A stretch of 64,000 bases of DNA, taken from NCBI GenBank assembly GCA_040954595.2, contig CM082581.2:1418699-1482698 (forward strand). Direction: 5' to 3'. The notes below the pieces were generated by a model. That model was not told where the DNA came from and did not search any database. It worked only from the letters and a program-made list of their open reading frames with translations. Of the stretch, positions 15,083-27,289 are shown one piece after another. Origin of the DNA: Balanoglossus misakiensis (lineage: Eukaryota > Animalia > Hemichordata). Both the position numbers and the translations under genes were made by a program. Position 1 is the stretch's first letter. The number at the start of each line of letters is the position of its first letter.

Positions 15083-16574
15083 CAAGCATCGTCCGATTCG
15101 AATTCGACTCGTCATCGGTAGCTTTGTTTATTTCGCCCTTGGAGACCTCCCCTGGCCTCGTTAGGATGACTGTTACCAGGACTACCTTAAACCAATCTTT
15201 TCGAACCGGACGGTACACACGTCATGTCTTTGTTAATTGTCCAGGTACCAGAGTGTACGTGTGGGCTCCCTAAACCACTCATTGGCGGCCGGTCCCTGTC
15301 CGAATAAACACGTTTGACAGACAAAAAATGATGAACAAGTGGCTTATTTCAATACTTCGTTAACTAGACGGCTGAACTCTGAATGTTGATTCAGCAAAAA
15401 AAATGTGTTTACGGCAAGGTTTCGATCAATACGACACATTTACCATTGAAAACGCCCAAAGTAAGTGGGGGCGTTTGACCATCAATCAAAACCACGCCCA
15501 GGTGCATGTGAACGGCCGAAGCAGTGTAACGTTTCACATTCCGTGCAACGTCCGACACTGTGTGAAAGCGGTTGCTGTCGGGTGGCTTGACCTAATTTTC
15601 GTACATTGATATGCATTTGACACCTCACTACCTGTTTTCTCAATATTGCTAAAACTTTGCGTTGAAATATCACTGAAATGTTGATGATCCACGCACAAGT
15701 CGTCTACCCCGGCATGAAAAGCGTCTTATACAAGAAAACTAATTGCACATGACCACCAAGGTCATACCGCAAGGTGTGTCTAAATGTCAAGGAAGGACAC
15801 TTGGGTCAAGAACGACCATGACGGAGGAAAAACCGACAAGTCATTGTGTAACCTGTTTACTTGCCAATAGTCAAACGTCAAAATTTACTCTCAACTTGGT
15901 TGCAGATCGAGTCTCCCGAATTTCCAACTTTTATGATTGGGTAAATACCGATATGCGACTGGTATGCGACGCGTTGACGACGCGAAGATTTTGTTGAAAT
16001 CAAATGGTTTGTCAAATGTCATCTCACACTGGAGATACCGTGGTCATCTGACATGAAAGGGTTCGATTGGGTCTGACCGCCGTCGTTCATCCATGCTTAG
16101 AAAGCGGCGATCATGGTACAATGTAAAACCAAGGTCAAACCTTACTGAACACATGTATTGCATGGAGAAACTTTTCTCCCTGTCTGTGTACTGAACACGT
16201 ACCGTGATTGCCATAGTTACAAACGTTACCACGTGAGAGAGAGTGCATTTTACATCTGTCTTTTCAATTTTGTTGCTTTCTTACTATTCGGAATGATGGA
16301 GTCGAAACGAAAACTTTTTGCTTCAGGTGGACCTAGGGGAAATACCTTATTTGTGACTTTTTTCATGACCCTAAAAAGACGTCGGAATTAATGTGGCTGA
16401 GGTCACTCAGGACGACGGAATGGTTGAGCGATTTTATTTTATGAGCTCCCACTAGTATTTGTTTTATTGTTTCGGCAGTGTGTCGCGTTATTCGAGCAAT
16501 CTGCAGTCTGAAAACGAACGGTTTTCAAAGTTTATAACAGAAGAACAGGGGTTTAAGCATGAAAGGTCCTGTTG

Positions 16575-16815
16575 TCTCCCTCGCTGTGTTTGTGTCACTG
16601 TGTCTTTGACGTCTGACTGACTGATTAACTGGCTGACTGACTTACTGACTGTCTGTCAACGTCGGTCTGTCTGACTGTCTGCCCCCTCTCTCTGAGAGAG
16701 AGAGTGAGCGAGCGAGCGAGCGAGCGAGCGACCGGTGAGTGTCTCTACTGATGAATGTTGCTCTGTCTGTCTGCTTGTGTCTGTCTGCCACTCTGCCTGT
16801 TTCACTCTGTCTCTC
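16575..16815. repeat. Compound microsatellite/low-complexity tract: (CTGA)n, (GA)n, (GAGC)n, (CTGT)n
   Basis: Directly visible: ctgactgactgatt..., gagagagag, gagcgagcgagcgagcg, ctgtctgtctg. Confidence 0.9.
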
Positions 16816-17596
16816 CTAATTTCTTTAAAATTAGGGATATGCTATTAATGCGATATGAAAGTCAGACACGACGGAAACCTTTTATTCTCAAAACTGTCTG
16901 TTGTTTGCTGTTAAATATTGCAAAAGGTTAAGGGCCCTTTTCGCACGAGACACATGGCTTTGCAGCCGTAGCTCCCAATGTCATAACGATTACCCGAACT
17001 ACCCTAATTTTAGCCCGCCGACCCAAAACAGTTTAGATCTTCGCAAACCGGAAGTAAAAATAACGATGTCAAATATAAAACAATTCATGAAAATTGCGAG
17101 AATCACGCAAGAACTATGATGTCATTCTTCTACACTACGACGGCCAAAGATATAAAAAAAATTGAAAAATAAAAAAATGTCCCTTTCTACCTACAATATT
17201 TTTGAAAACCATGTAATCGGAATAGCACATATTAGTTTTTTTGGCCTGAGACATATCCAATTTCCCAACTGAACATGACACGTGATCAAGCATTTTCGAC
17301 TTATCAGATGCAATCGCTGAACACCTCACACTGAGCGAGGTTTTGTCTGTCTTTATACGCGCCCTTTGTATTTGTGCGTGACATGTCCAAGCCTTGTTAG
17401 GAACTCCCGTAAAATTCTACTCAAATGATGTATACTTTCATACTTACGACTGACAGGTATTTTCAGCGTTGCCAGCTGATTGTTTGTCAGGTACCGCTTT
17501 ATAACAAGACGCCCCTCTGAGTTGATAACCTGCAATGTAACATCATTAAATTGGTCTAGTCATGTTAGCATTAGTAAAATGCTTCAAAAGTGTTAA

Positions 17597-17887
17597 AGGG
17601 ACATGATACAAGACACCGTTTATGTTAGTGAATGAACGTTCAACCACACACAACTTCCATCCGGCTTGTATGATACGAGAGTAAAAACTCGCCCGAAATG
17701 AATAAATGGTAGAGACCGTTTATTCATTTTGGCTACTTTTTAAAACTCTCGTGTCTATACAAGCGGGGTGGAAGGTGTGTATGGTTGAACGTTGGTTCAC
17801 TATATCCATATGTAGAATAATATAAACGCAGTCTTGTATCAAACATAATAAATGGAAAAAGGGCAGCGAGAGAGAGACTTTGTCCCT
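17597..17887. mobile_element. MITE flanked by TTAA with AGGGACA termini (Kolobok-like), internally palindromic
   Basis: TTAA(17593-17596)AGGGACA ... TGTCCCT TTAA(17888-17891). Internal inverted arms (tgatacaagacaccgttta / taaacgcagtcttgtatca; aacgttcaaccacaca / tgtatggttgaacgtt). Confidence 0.8.
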
Positions 17888-18149
17888 TTAATGAATACAG
17901 CCACAATGTTCTGTTTATATCTACTGACGGACCAGGCATGGATTGTCACGTATAATTCTTTGAAACGTTTGGTCCTCTGAAGAAATCTGAGCACTCATCT
18001 ACTCAGTTTGCTTATTTTGTCTTCCTCCACCAGTCAGTGGTATCGTCCGATTTGATACTCCACTCTAAGCCTCTTTCTGAATGGCTCTTTAAGTTGTGAT
18101 CTGTAAGTCTTAAACCTTTCATCATCCCCCCCCCCCCCCGTTTCCTCTT

Positions 18150-18526
18150 TAGAGGTCGTCAACTGGTAAACTGTGCGCCTGTGTCTCTTCCCATAGGAGT
18201 ACATGGAGAATAGTTAGAAAACTCACTTCTACTATTGTCATTTTCATGAAATTTTACACATAGCTCCGACAAATCAAAATAAATTCATCACGCTCTATTT
18301 TGAGATAAACTTTGTTCAATATTGTATCCATAGACAAACCATTGGTAGAAAATGCTGACCGTTAGCAGTTTTCTTCAATTGTCGACTAAATTCACGGCCT
18401 TGTTTAAAGTCGAAAACAAGTGCAGTGACCCAAAATGGATTTTCATTATACATACAAATCAGAAACGAAAATTCACGATTAAAAGAAATGACAATGCTTT
18501 CAATTTTACTGATCGTACATCCTTAA
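18150..18526 (+). mobile_element. Dispersed ~350-400-bp MITE family ending GTACATCC-TTAA (family A)
   Basis: Homologous to 27290-27520 (+), 27810-28210 (-), 61770-62130 (-) and 63130-63346 (+). The terminus gtacatccttaa is shared at 18515-18526, ~28200-28210 and ~63335-63346. Confidence 0.7.
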
Positions 18527-18846
18527 CTCGCTGCCCTTTTCCATGTTTGATACAAAACACCGTTTATATTAATGTAAATGTGGATATATAGCGATGCAAC
18601 GTTCAACCGCACACACCTTCTATCCCGCATGTAGACACGAGAGCGAAAACTCGCAAAACTGAAAAATCGGTCTCTACCATTAATTCATTTTGGGCGAGTT
18701 TTTACTCTCATATCATACAAGCAGGATGGAAGTTGTGTGTGGTTGAACGTTCATTCACTACATAAACACATGCCCATTAATATAAACGGTGTCTTGTATC
18801 AAACATAATTAATAGAAAAGGGCGACGAGAGAGAGAGTTTGTCCCT
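18527..18846 (-). mobile_element. Second copy of the 17597-17887 MITE, in inverted orientation with the left terminus clipped
   Basis: 18665-18760 is the reverse complement of ~17625-17720 (cggtctctaccatt...gggcgagtttttactctc...ggaagttgtgtgtggttgaacgttcattcacta). It ends TGTCCCT-TTAA (18847-18850) and begins at TTAA 18523-18526. Confidence 0.75.
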
Positions 18847-20171
18847 TTAAGGCGACATGATGCATGAAGTGGCGAGAGATAAACGCGGCTGACCACCGCA
18901 TTAAACACTGTCAAGCAAGGCACTTCAAATGCCAATTGTTTAAGTGTGTACTAAGTAATAGGTTCATGTACCATGGGGGGGGGGGGTCAAATCACAACAG
19001 TTGAACATGTACGAATATGAAGAGACGATATCAGTTTGTTCATGTCTTCCTTTAGTAAAAAATCTTTTTTGAACTTTGTATAGAATTCATTGAACTTTAC
19101 TTTAGCTTATGAACTCTCATTTGCACATCGTCATCTTGAAATTGTGTCGACTTTATCATAAGGTTTTTATAACTCAACTAGGTCGCAAAACCTATTTAAG
19201 TTAGTGAGAATAGGACGTTCACCTTTTGGGTTGATGGCTACAGCCGTTAATCCTGACTCATACACATGTTGCAGCCAGTATACTCTGCAGACATTGGACA
19301 CAATAGTTTTACGAACCATTAAATTTTATTGGACCATCAAGTTTATTGACCCATGACGTTCATATAGATTTTATGACACGACTGACGCTATAATCGGTCC
19401 TTACCTTTGGCGAGCCAAGTGTTTTATAACATCATAAGATATTAATACCTATCACCCAGTCAAACGATTTCAAGTTATAAAATTTCCACGCCAATAGGAC
19501 GCCTTTAGGTGGAAATGCAACCAGGTATCCTAAATAGGAAAATATTCCGGGTATCTGTCAAGTTTAGTCCCATATTTAGGTGACCAAGAGTCCTCAGGCG
19601 CTTGGTCCCCTTCTGTTATTGCTGGAGTTTGTCTTCTTTCTTCTTGAGTCGTTTTTTTGCGCCCGTTTTTCTCTGAAATTCCGGCAGGTGCGCCTCCAAA
19701 TTTGGCACGGTGGTTGGGGCCCATGAGTACTGGTGCACCTGCCCTTTGAATTTGTAATTAGTCACGTGACTTTGTGGCTATAATCGAGCGAAATTTTCAA
19801 ATTGACCTAATTTGCACGTTAATGGGGGCATGTACATTCTTTTCGCGATTTTTGTAGACCATGTGGCCAAAATCCCCTGTGCCAAATTTCAAGGTCCTAG
19901 GCCACGTCGATTTTGAGAAGAAGATTTTTGTAATATTTTTTCGCATTTTTTGGTGGGCTGAGGACGGACACTGGGGCATCGGACTTTGACCGTCATTACG
20001 TAATGTTGTGGAGATCTCATTAGCAGGCTACTCACTTCTGGCGGGTTGCAGTAGTCCTTGGAAAATCGGCTGAAATACGTAAACAGACCAGTGATTATTT
20101 TCCACGGAATGAATTTTGGGACAACACATTATCGGAGTTCAGGCTGTGTTAGGGCGTTTTATTGAATTACG

Positions 20172-22712
20172 CTGAGTTTGGATTGACCACTGTGTTACCA
20201 CTAAAAATTTTTATAGCAATGTTCTTTCAATTTCGAGTCTTTGCAATGTTGTTGACTCCGACCATATTCCTGTTTCAATAGAGGTTCATTTCAACACTTC
20301 TGCTGATGAATGCTTCAGCAGTAGTTCCTTCAAGCAATGTAATTTTCGAGTTGATTGGAAAAAATTGTCACAGCAGAATATATCCGCCTACACCCGTTGT
20401 ACCAAAGCCAAGGTTGATAAGATTAATATATCCGAAGAGTTATTCTGCACTAATGTGAACTGTACATACCCTTCGCATTTACAGGCAATTGATACTTGTT
20501 ATAGTAGTGTTGTGGACGCATTGAATTGTGCTGCAAAAGATACCATTAGGCGTAAGTTTCACCAGAAAGTTCATGTTGTGCCTGGCTGGAACGATTTTGT
20601 AAAAGAAAGTCACGACTATGCCCGTTCCATGTTTTTATTATGGGTTAATGGGGGTAAACCTTAACAAGGCCCGCTTTTTGAAACCATGAAATCTTCCAGA
20701 GCTCGTTTTAAGTATGCTTTACGTGCTTGTAAAAAGATTGAGAATCAAAATAGGGCTGACAAGATGGCTGACAATTTACGCTGCCACAAACAGAACGACT
20801 TCTGGAAGGAAGTCAGAAAGCAAACTAGCAGAAAAATGCCGCTTTCTGACACTGTACGTGGAGCGACTGGTGAGAGTGAAATTGCAATTATGTGGCACAA
20901 GCATTTCAGTGATATTTTGAATTCTGTCCAGGCTTAGACTGGTAAAAATGACATCGAGGAGAAAATGAAGTATGTTAAATTTTCTTCTGATATGTATGTT
21001 TCTGAAGAAGAAGTAATTTCTGCTATACATAAGTTACCTGACGATAAGACAGCTGGCATTGACAATATTTCAGCTGAGCACCTCAAATTCTCAGACTCCT
21101 CTATTTTACCCATTTTGACTTGATTGTTCATGGTTACCTGCAAACTGAGGCTATCAAAGTTATTTTAGTTCCAATTAAGGATAAAACTAAGCTTTGTAGT
21201 GATGCCAGTAACTACCGGCCGATAGCACTAGCAACTGTTTTCTCTAAAGTTTTTGAGCCTATTTTACTTTCTCGTTGTGAGGAGTTTCTTACCTCTCATT
21301 ATTTACAATTTGGTTTCAAGCGAGAACATTCAACTGACATGTGTTTATTTGCATTTAAAGAAATCATTAGCTACTACACCAGCAATGGAAGACCAGTGTT
21401 TACTTGTTTTCTGGATGCTTCAAAAGCTTTTGACAGAGTTAATCACTTTAAACTGGTTAACAAGCTCATCGACAGGAATGTTCCCTTGTATGCTGTACGA
21501 ATTTTATATTAAAGGTCCCATGCCATGCCCTATACAACCACGCGTAAAATCACTATTTGGGTCTTGAAGTTAACGTATGTTACTATCTTGCAATGCGTTT
21601 TGCCCCTTGTGCTTAGATAACAAGCAAATAAAAGTGGCGGGTGGGCGTGTACCCCTAACCCAACTCAGTCGATTTTTTTGGCTTTTCGAAGTTAAGCCGA
21701 AGACTTATCTTGATGTGGACAAATAGTCTTTCACACCTTTGTAAATCCTCTGCCTGCAATGTGAGGCAAGGGCTTCCTTTGCTTTGAACACTGTTTATAT
21801 AGCTTATCTTTGTCTGTGGACTTAATTACTCATGGACCGATAATTACACTTTACTGTAAACAGAATGGTACACTACGACATAGTGTACTTGTTTGTCCAT
21901 ATGCAAATACCTTCGCCTGGCTCGAGTGCGAAGTGGCTCCCCGATCACAGGCATGAAAAAAAGGTGGCAAATTCCGGCATTCGTGCACATTTTTCGGAAC
22001 CGACACAATAGGCAATGCATAGACAGGTACCCTAGGTGAGCTTTTGACGTGGAAAAATGAAAACTTTCCAAAGCATGACATGTGACCTTTAATGGTACAG
22101 AAATCAATTGTTTACTGTGTTGTGGGGTAATGAAACCTCAGAGTTGTTTTCTGTTTCTAACGGTGTAAGACAAGGGGGAGTACTCTCTCCCTATCTTTTT
22201 AATGTCTACATTGATGATCTTATCAATGCACTCTGTAAAGCCAAAGTTGGCTGTACCATGTGTGGTGTCAGCGCTAACACTTTAGGTTACGCTGACGACA
22301 TGACTCTACTCAGTCCAAGTATTAAGGGTCTACACCGTCTTCTTAGAATTTGTGAAATTTATGGCAAGGATTATGATATAATTTATAATTCTAGTAAAAC
22401 TGTGTGCATGCTTTTTAATGGGAAGAATATGAGCGTTCAAAGAATTCCTTCGGTTAAACTTAATGACATCACTTTAAAGTTTGTACCTGTACACACCTAT
22501 CTGGGCCATGTTATATCTTGTGAGGGTTGTGATAATGAAGATATTGAACGACAGAGAAGAGCATTTTGTGTTAGAGCAAACATGCTATTGAGACATTTTC
22601 AACATTTTAGTCAAGATGTGAAGAAAGTTTTATTTTTGGCATATTGTAGTAATATTTACTGTTGCAGTTTGTGGGCATCCTTTAAAGTAAAACCGATGAA
22701 AAAATTTAAAAC
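20172..22712 (+). pseudogene. Degraded non-LTR retrotransposon ORF2 (APE endonuclease C-terminus + reverse transcriptase), possibly RTE-X/CR1-group; truncated at both ends and split by a MITE
   Basis: Motifs WIDH and SDHIPV (endonuclease end); PGWN; NYRPIAL; QFGFK; FLDASKAFDRVNH; GVRQGGVLSPYLFNVYIDDL; YADD; YLGH. In-frame stops at 20664, 20937 and 21512, and a frameshift near 21120. The clade is not certain. Confidence 0.9.
21513..22088. mobile_element. 576-bp MITE with TTAA target-site duplication (Kolobok-like) inserted in the LINE RT
   Basis: TTAA 21509-21512 + AGGTCCCATGCCATGC ... GCATGACATGTGACCT + TTAA 22089-22092 (14/16 TIR match). The RT frame resumes in register after it (WYRNQLFTVLWG). 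Confidence 0.88.
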
Positions 22713-23424
22713 AGTGGACTTTGACCCTAAGTCGCTAATGTTGTGGGAGGTTTCATTAGCATTGTAGTCACATGTAGTGGATAGTAGTTTGGGAAATTGG
22801 CTGAAATACGTCAGCAGACCAGTGATTTTCTTGCACGACAGGAGTATGGTACCAGCAATAATCAGAGATCAGGCTTCGTTGCCGTTCAAAAGTTCCTACT
22901 TCAGTCGTGATGTTGCAACTGGACGTTCAGTATGGGGGTCGGCCCGCAGGTGGCCGTGTGGGTTATCAGGTCGCCCGTAACGGCACGCAGCTACATGCAG
23001 CTGTATGGGACTAAAATAATACACCCGATTCGGGTGTCACCTGTGACACCTGCATAACTCAATAATTATGTGCATGCGTAATTGTGGGGTCAATGAAAGG
23101 GGTGGTAGCGTGCTATTTGTTGCACATGGATCAATATGAAGTCCGATTTTCCCGTCAAGTTGTGGGCGACCTTATGTGACCTTTCACCTACTTTTGCTTA
23201 GTGAGCATCCACAGCAGATGCATGCAGCTTTGGCTTGGGAGGGGGGGGGGGGGGGCATATACGGATGGGACCATAATGATATACCAAAGGCGGGGTCGTC
23301 TGTTGCACCTGCCTAAGTCATTGATTTTGTACATTTAATTAGACACTAACCAACAGGGCGATAGGTGTGGTTTTTGTTCCACAGGGACGAATGTAAGTGT
23401 CAGTTGGTTTTTGCCCAAATGTCC

Positions 23425-24277
23425 ATTGAGGCCTGTATCCGTGATCTTAAGGACTGGATGACCCAAAACAAGCTTCAACTCAACGACTCCAAAAACTGAG
23501 ATTCTACTTATTCGTTCACAATTTCATCACTCTGCTGATGCTATTGACAAGATTACCATTGGTTCAAGCTCTGTTCCCGTCGTTAAATCAGCTCGCAATA
23601 TTGGTGTAATATTTGACAATACGCACATGTATAAAGATCACATCAAGAAAACTTGTCAATCAATATATTACCACTTTCGCCGTGTCGGACAAATCAGGAA
23701 ATTTCTTAACAAAGCAACATGTCAAACAGTGATTCATGCTATTTTGGCAGCGAAACTCGACTATGGTAATGCATTACTGTATGGTATACCAGAACGCAGT
23801 CTGAACCTTCTACAACGCACACAAAATACAGCTGCAAGAATCATAACTCGGTCCAGGAAGTCTGCCCATATAACGCCAGTTCTTCAACTTCTTCATTGGT
23901 TACCAGTTCGCCACAGGATAGAGTATAAAATAAATCTGCTCACATACAAAGCCTTAAATAATCTCGCTCCGAACTATATCCGCGATCTCATTCGGACATA
24001 TTCTCCTGGTCGCAGGCTTCGTTCAGCTAATAAGAGCCTTTTATGCACTACAATGTACAAACGTTCTTCATACGGTGGCCGAGCATTCTCTCATGCTGCA
24101 ACGAAACTGTGGAACATTCGTCAAGCTCCAAGTTTGAGTATCTTTAAGAAAAGACTGAAGACGCATTATTTCGCAAGAGCATATGGTGTGGGCCAATGAG
24201 CACAAGCGCCTTTGAGTATGACACTTGTTATAGATACTGGCGCTATACAAATTTCTCTGATTGATTGATTGATTGAT
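23425..24277 (+). mobile_element. 5'-truncated L2-clade LINE: 3' end of ORF2, 3' UTR and (TTGA)n tail
   Basis: WMTQNKLQLNDSK (then a frameshift), ARNIGVIFD, KLDYGNALLYG, LQRTQNTAARII, HITPVLQLLHWLPVRHRIEYKI, RAFSHAATKLWN, FKKRLKTHYF. The UTR aagcgcctttgag...ggcgctatacaaat is followed by tgattgattgattg. Confidence 0.92.
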
Positions 24278-25086
24278 GTATAAGGTGATTTGGATGACCT
24301 CTGTCATAGAGTGCCATATCTCATCCCGTTGTACAGGTGCAGCTTTGGTATTTGGAGGGATGAAACTATCATGAAATGCCAAATACAGGGGGATACCTTT
24401 GACACCTGCTTGATTCATGTATTACGTGCATACCTAATGTTAGGCAAAGTGAAAGGGCTGCAAATGTAGGATTTGTTGCACAAGACATAAACAGGAATGA
24501 AATTTTTCTGTCAAATTTTTGAATGACCTCAGGTGTCCATTGACCTGCTTTCCATATGTTAGCATGCACATCATATATAGCCACGTGTTTGGAGGGGTAG
24601 GGTAGGACCGTCATGAAATGCTAAATTCCTAGGGCCACCTGTAACTTACTTGCGTAACTCATTATTATGGCCATACCTAATTTTAAAAACCCAAAGGGCG
24701 AGAATTTTCCGTTGTCTTGAATATGAACCAAATAGGAATCCAAATTTTTGGCCCAATTTTTGGGTACCCTCAGCTGACCTTTGAAGTACTTAACTGAAGT
24801 CCTTACATAACGTAGAAGTTCACTTGTGGTTGTTGTGTTTGTACTTGTAGGACATCCATTTCGGGTGGTTGCCTACTTCCCCATATCTCCACATCCAGAG
24901 CAAATACAGCCTACGCAATTGAATGGTACAACCCTGAATGGAGTCTAATGGTTATTATCTCTATGCTTGGGCCCCTTCAATGCTGCTTGGAGCTTTAATT
25001 ATTACTATTATTATTGTCACGATATAAAGACACCAACTAAAAACTTACAAAATCACAATGTCTTCACAACTCAAAATTTCACTCAC

Positions 25087-26178
25087 TTCTTTTAGTTTGG
25101 TAGCCACCCCTCCTTTCTGTCCTAGCATAACAGGAGCACCATCACTGCCCAAAGCAGACAGACGATCTCTTAAGACAATACCATTCTCTGAAGAAAACTC
25201 TTTCACTGACTGTGCAATGGTGTCTGCTCTGCCATCACCAACCTAAAACAGTGAAAATAAAACCTTGATGTTAACACATGCAATGTACAACTCAATGTTT
25301 GTCTCACCTGAAATAACAAGTCAGCAAAATCAATTAAATGAGGTCACTCAAAAACATGTTTAATCGTATGTTTTTAATTCAGTGTAGACTTAAAAATTGA
25401 AAAACTTTCCACTTACTTCTTTAACTCCAAGGAAAGACACAACTGACTTCCCAGACTTCAAGGTGTACTTGGAATAGATGATTAATTGCTTCAATACAGC
25501 CACATCAGTTGTTTTCATCTATTAACAGTGAATAGAAGTTACTTCCTTTCATCTTCTCTAAAATCTCATCACGGATGACTTTGCCTGAAAAATGAAATAA
25601 ATGAAAATTACTCTTCAGATTAAACTTATCAAAATTCACAGTAATTTGTACAGTAATTATTCTTTATTGAGTGTAACACTATTGCTTAAACAGTGATCCT
25701 TTCTTGAAAACAACCAGGTTTAAATAAATGTTACTACATTGCCTACAATTTAGATCTGCACAAAAATCAGTAGACCTACTTACCAATGCAATAAACCATT
25801 ATAGTTGTGGTCATCACTGCTGAGAGTACCAAGGAATGAACACCCGAGGGACTTTGCCAATTCCAAAACATGGATGAAGTTGGTGGTGTGCGGCAATTCT
25901 CTGTGCATGAGAAAATACATGCATCGTAGGACGCCGATGCATGAAGGCTTGCGTCTCAAAGGTGATGACCTTGTCAAATGCAGCCACAAGACCGCTGCTG
26001 TTCTCGATAACTGCTGCCTCGGCGTCAAGCTGCATTGCCGCCCGGTCGATAATCGTCTCTTCATGCTGCTTGAGTTTGTCTTCGCGAAGGGTGGTACATG
26101 TACATGGAGATGTTGTAACCCAAGTCCCTCCGCATTTGGTCTTCTGCTTGTGTTTTGTACAAAGGCGACAAAACATCC
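25087..26178 (-). pseudogene. Intron-containing hAT-superfamily transposase fragment (ZNF862-like), frameshifted; exons ~26178-25784, 25584-25417 and 25242-25087
   Basis: MFCRLC...LKQHE (TTF/BED-like zinc finger) and YFLMHRELPHTTNF. Exon 2 reads KVIRDEILEKMKGSNFYSLLIDE-(+1 frameshift)-TTDVAVLKQLIIY...FLGVKE. Exon 3 reads VGDGRADTIA...LGSDGAPVMLGQKGGVATKLKE. Canonical GT-AG sites at 25783, 25586/25585, 25416, 25244/25243 and 25086. Confidence 0.85.
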
Positions 26179-27289
26179 CTAAACTGAATAAATATCATTC
26201 TCTCAAATGCCAGCCGCATGCGGGAGCGTGCACCAGAAACAATAAATATTTACCAAGGCGGGAATGAAAAGAAAGCAGGGCGGCGCGTAAGATAGCAGGG
26301 TGGCAAAAAATAAAGGAGGGCGGGCCTGCCCAGCTAACCCCCCCCCCCAAAGTATTAACGCTCTGTGTTTACCATAGACTAATAGTGTCTCAAATTTTAC
26401 CCTGTGTGAACCTGGTAAGAGACGTGTCTCAAATCTGAGAAGATTCAGGACCACTTAAACCATTCACCAATAATAATTTATGCCAGTATTTGATCTGAGA
26501 CGTTTTAGCAATTTCTTGTGTGACCCCCATATCAGTTGAAGCTGACAAATCCAGTATTTTGAATTTTTACATGGATTTTGTATACAGTGTGAATTGTAAT
26601 TAAAGCTCCATTACCTTTACCTTTTTCCTATGTTTTCAGTATCTTTGTTTAGCAGTTTCTTGTGCAAATTCCCGAAACATGATGAAACATATATGTGTAT
26701 GGTCAGCATTGTTATTGTGCCAAATTGGAATTTAAGTCCAGACTAGAATCCATGAATTATTGTCAACAATGACAATGGCCATTATACACATACATTCTGT
26801 GCTGACAAGTAACAATCTGTGTGGAGTAGAACATGAAATCGCATTTGCTACATAGAACAAAAATACTGGAAATAAAGCCAAAAGATACAACGAATGTATA
26901 TTTAACTTTAACTGCATTCTCATTCTCATCTGTATATATTTTACTGAGATTGTTTCATCAGGGTTTATCAGTATTCTAAACCAGCTTATGTGTGCATACA
27001 ATCTGATTAAAATCAGATGTAGGGTACGGCGACGTCTTTTACTTCCCAGTACGGTATTCTTATACTGTCGCCTCACACTACATCTGACCAACTCCCATAG
27101 AAGCTCCCGTTGAAAACTCTAGTAAACCAATCAGACGGTGCCTTATAGAGAACTTTAGGTATCCTTCAGTTTTGATTGACATAACGTGCAATCTGATTGG
27201 CTTGGCCGCAACGGGACGTTGAACAAGCTTCTATATCTGATTCATATAATACTGAAAGGGTTAAGAATGGCACACACTACATGTATGAG

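Larger units (their letters stand above)
19575..25000 (+). mobile_element. Helentron-associated non-autonomous element (HINE/DINE-1-like) hosting nested insertions
   Basis: 5' subterminal repeat tttaggtgaccaag with its inverted copy cttggtcccctt (19601-19612), followed by a CTT-rich tract. 3' subterminal repeat cttgggcccctt (24966-24977), then a short imperfect palindrome gctgcttggagc and tttaatt. Diverged internal tandem units at 19981-20150 vs 22716-22880, and at ~23040/24400/24640. Confidence 0.65.

Noticed and set aside
15083-16560. rRNA or other structural RNA gene
   Set aside because: No recognisable 18S/5.8S/28S/5S or snRNA conserved sequence.
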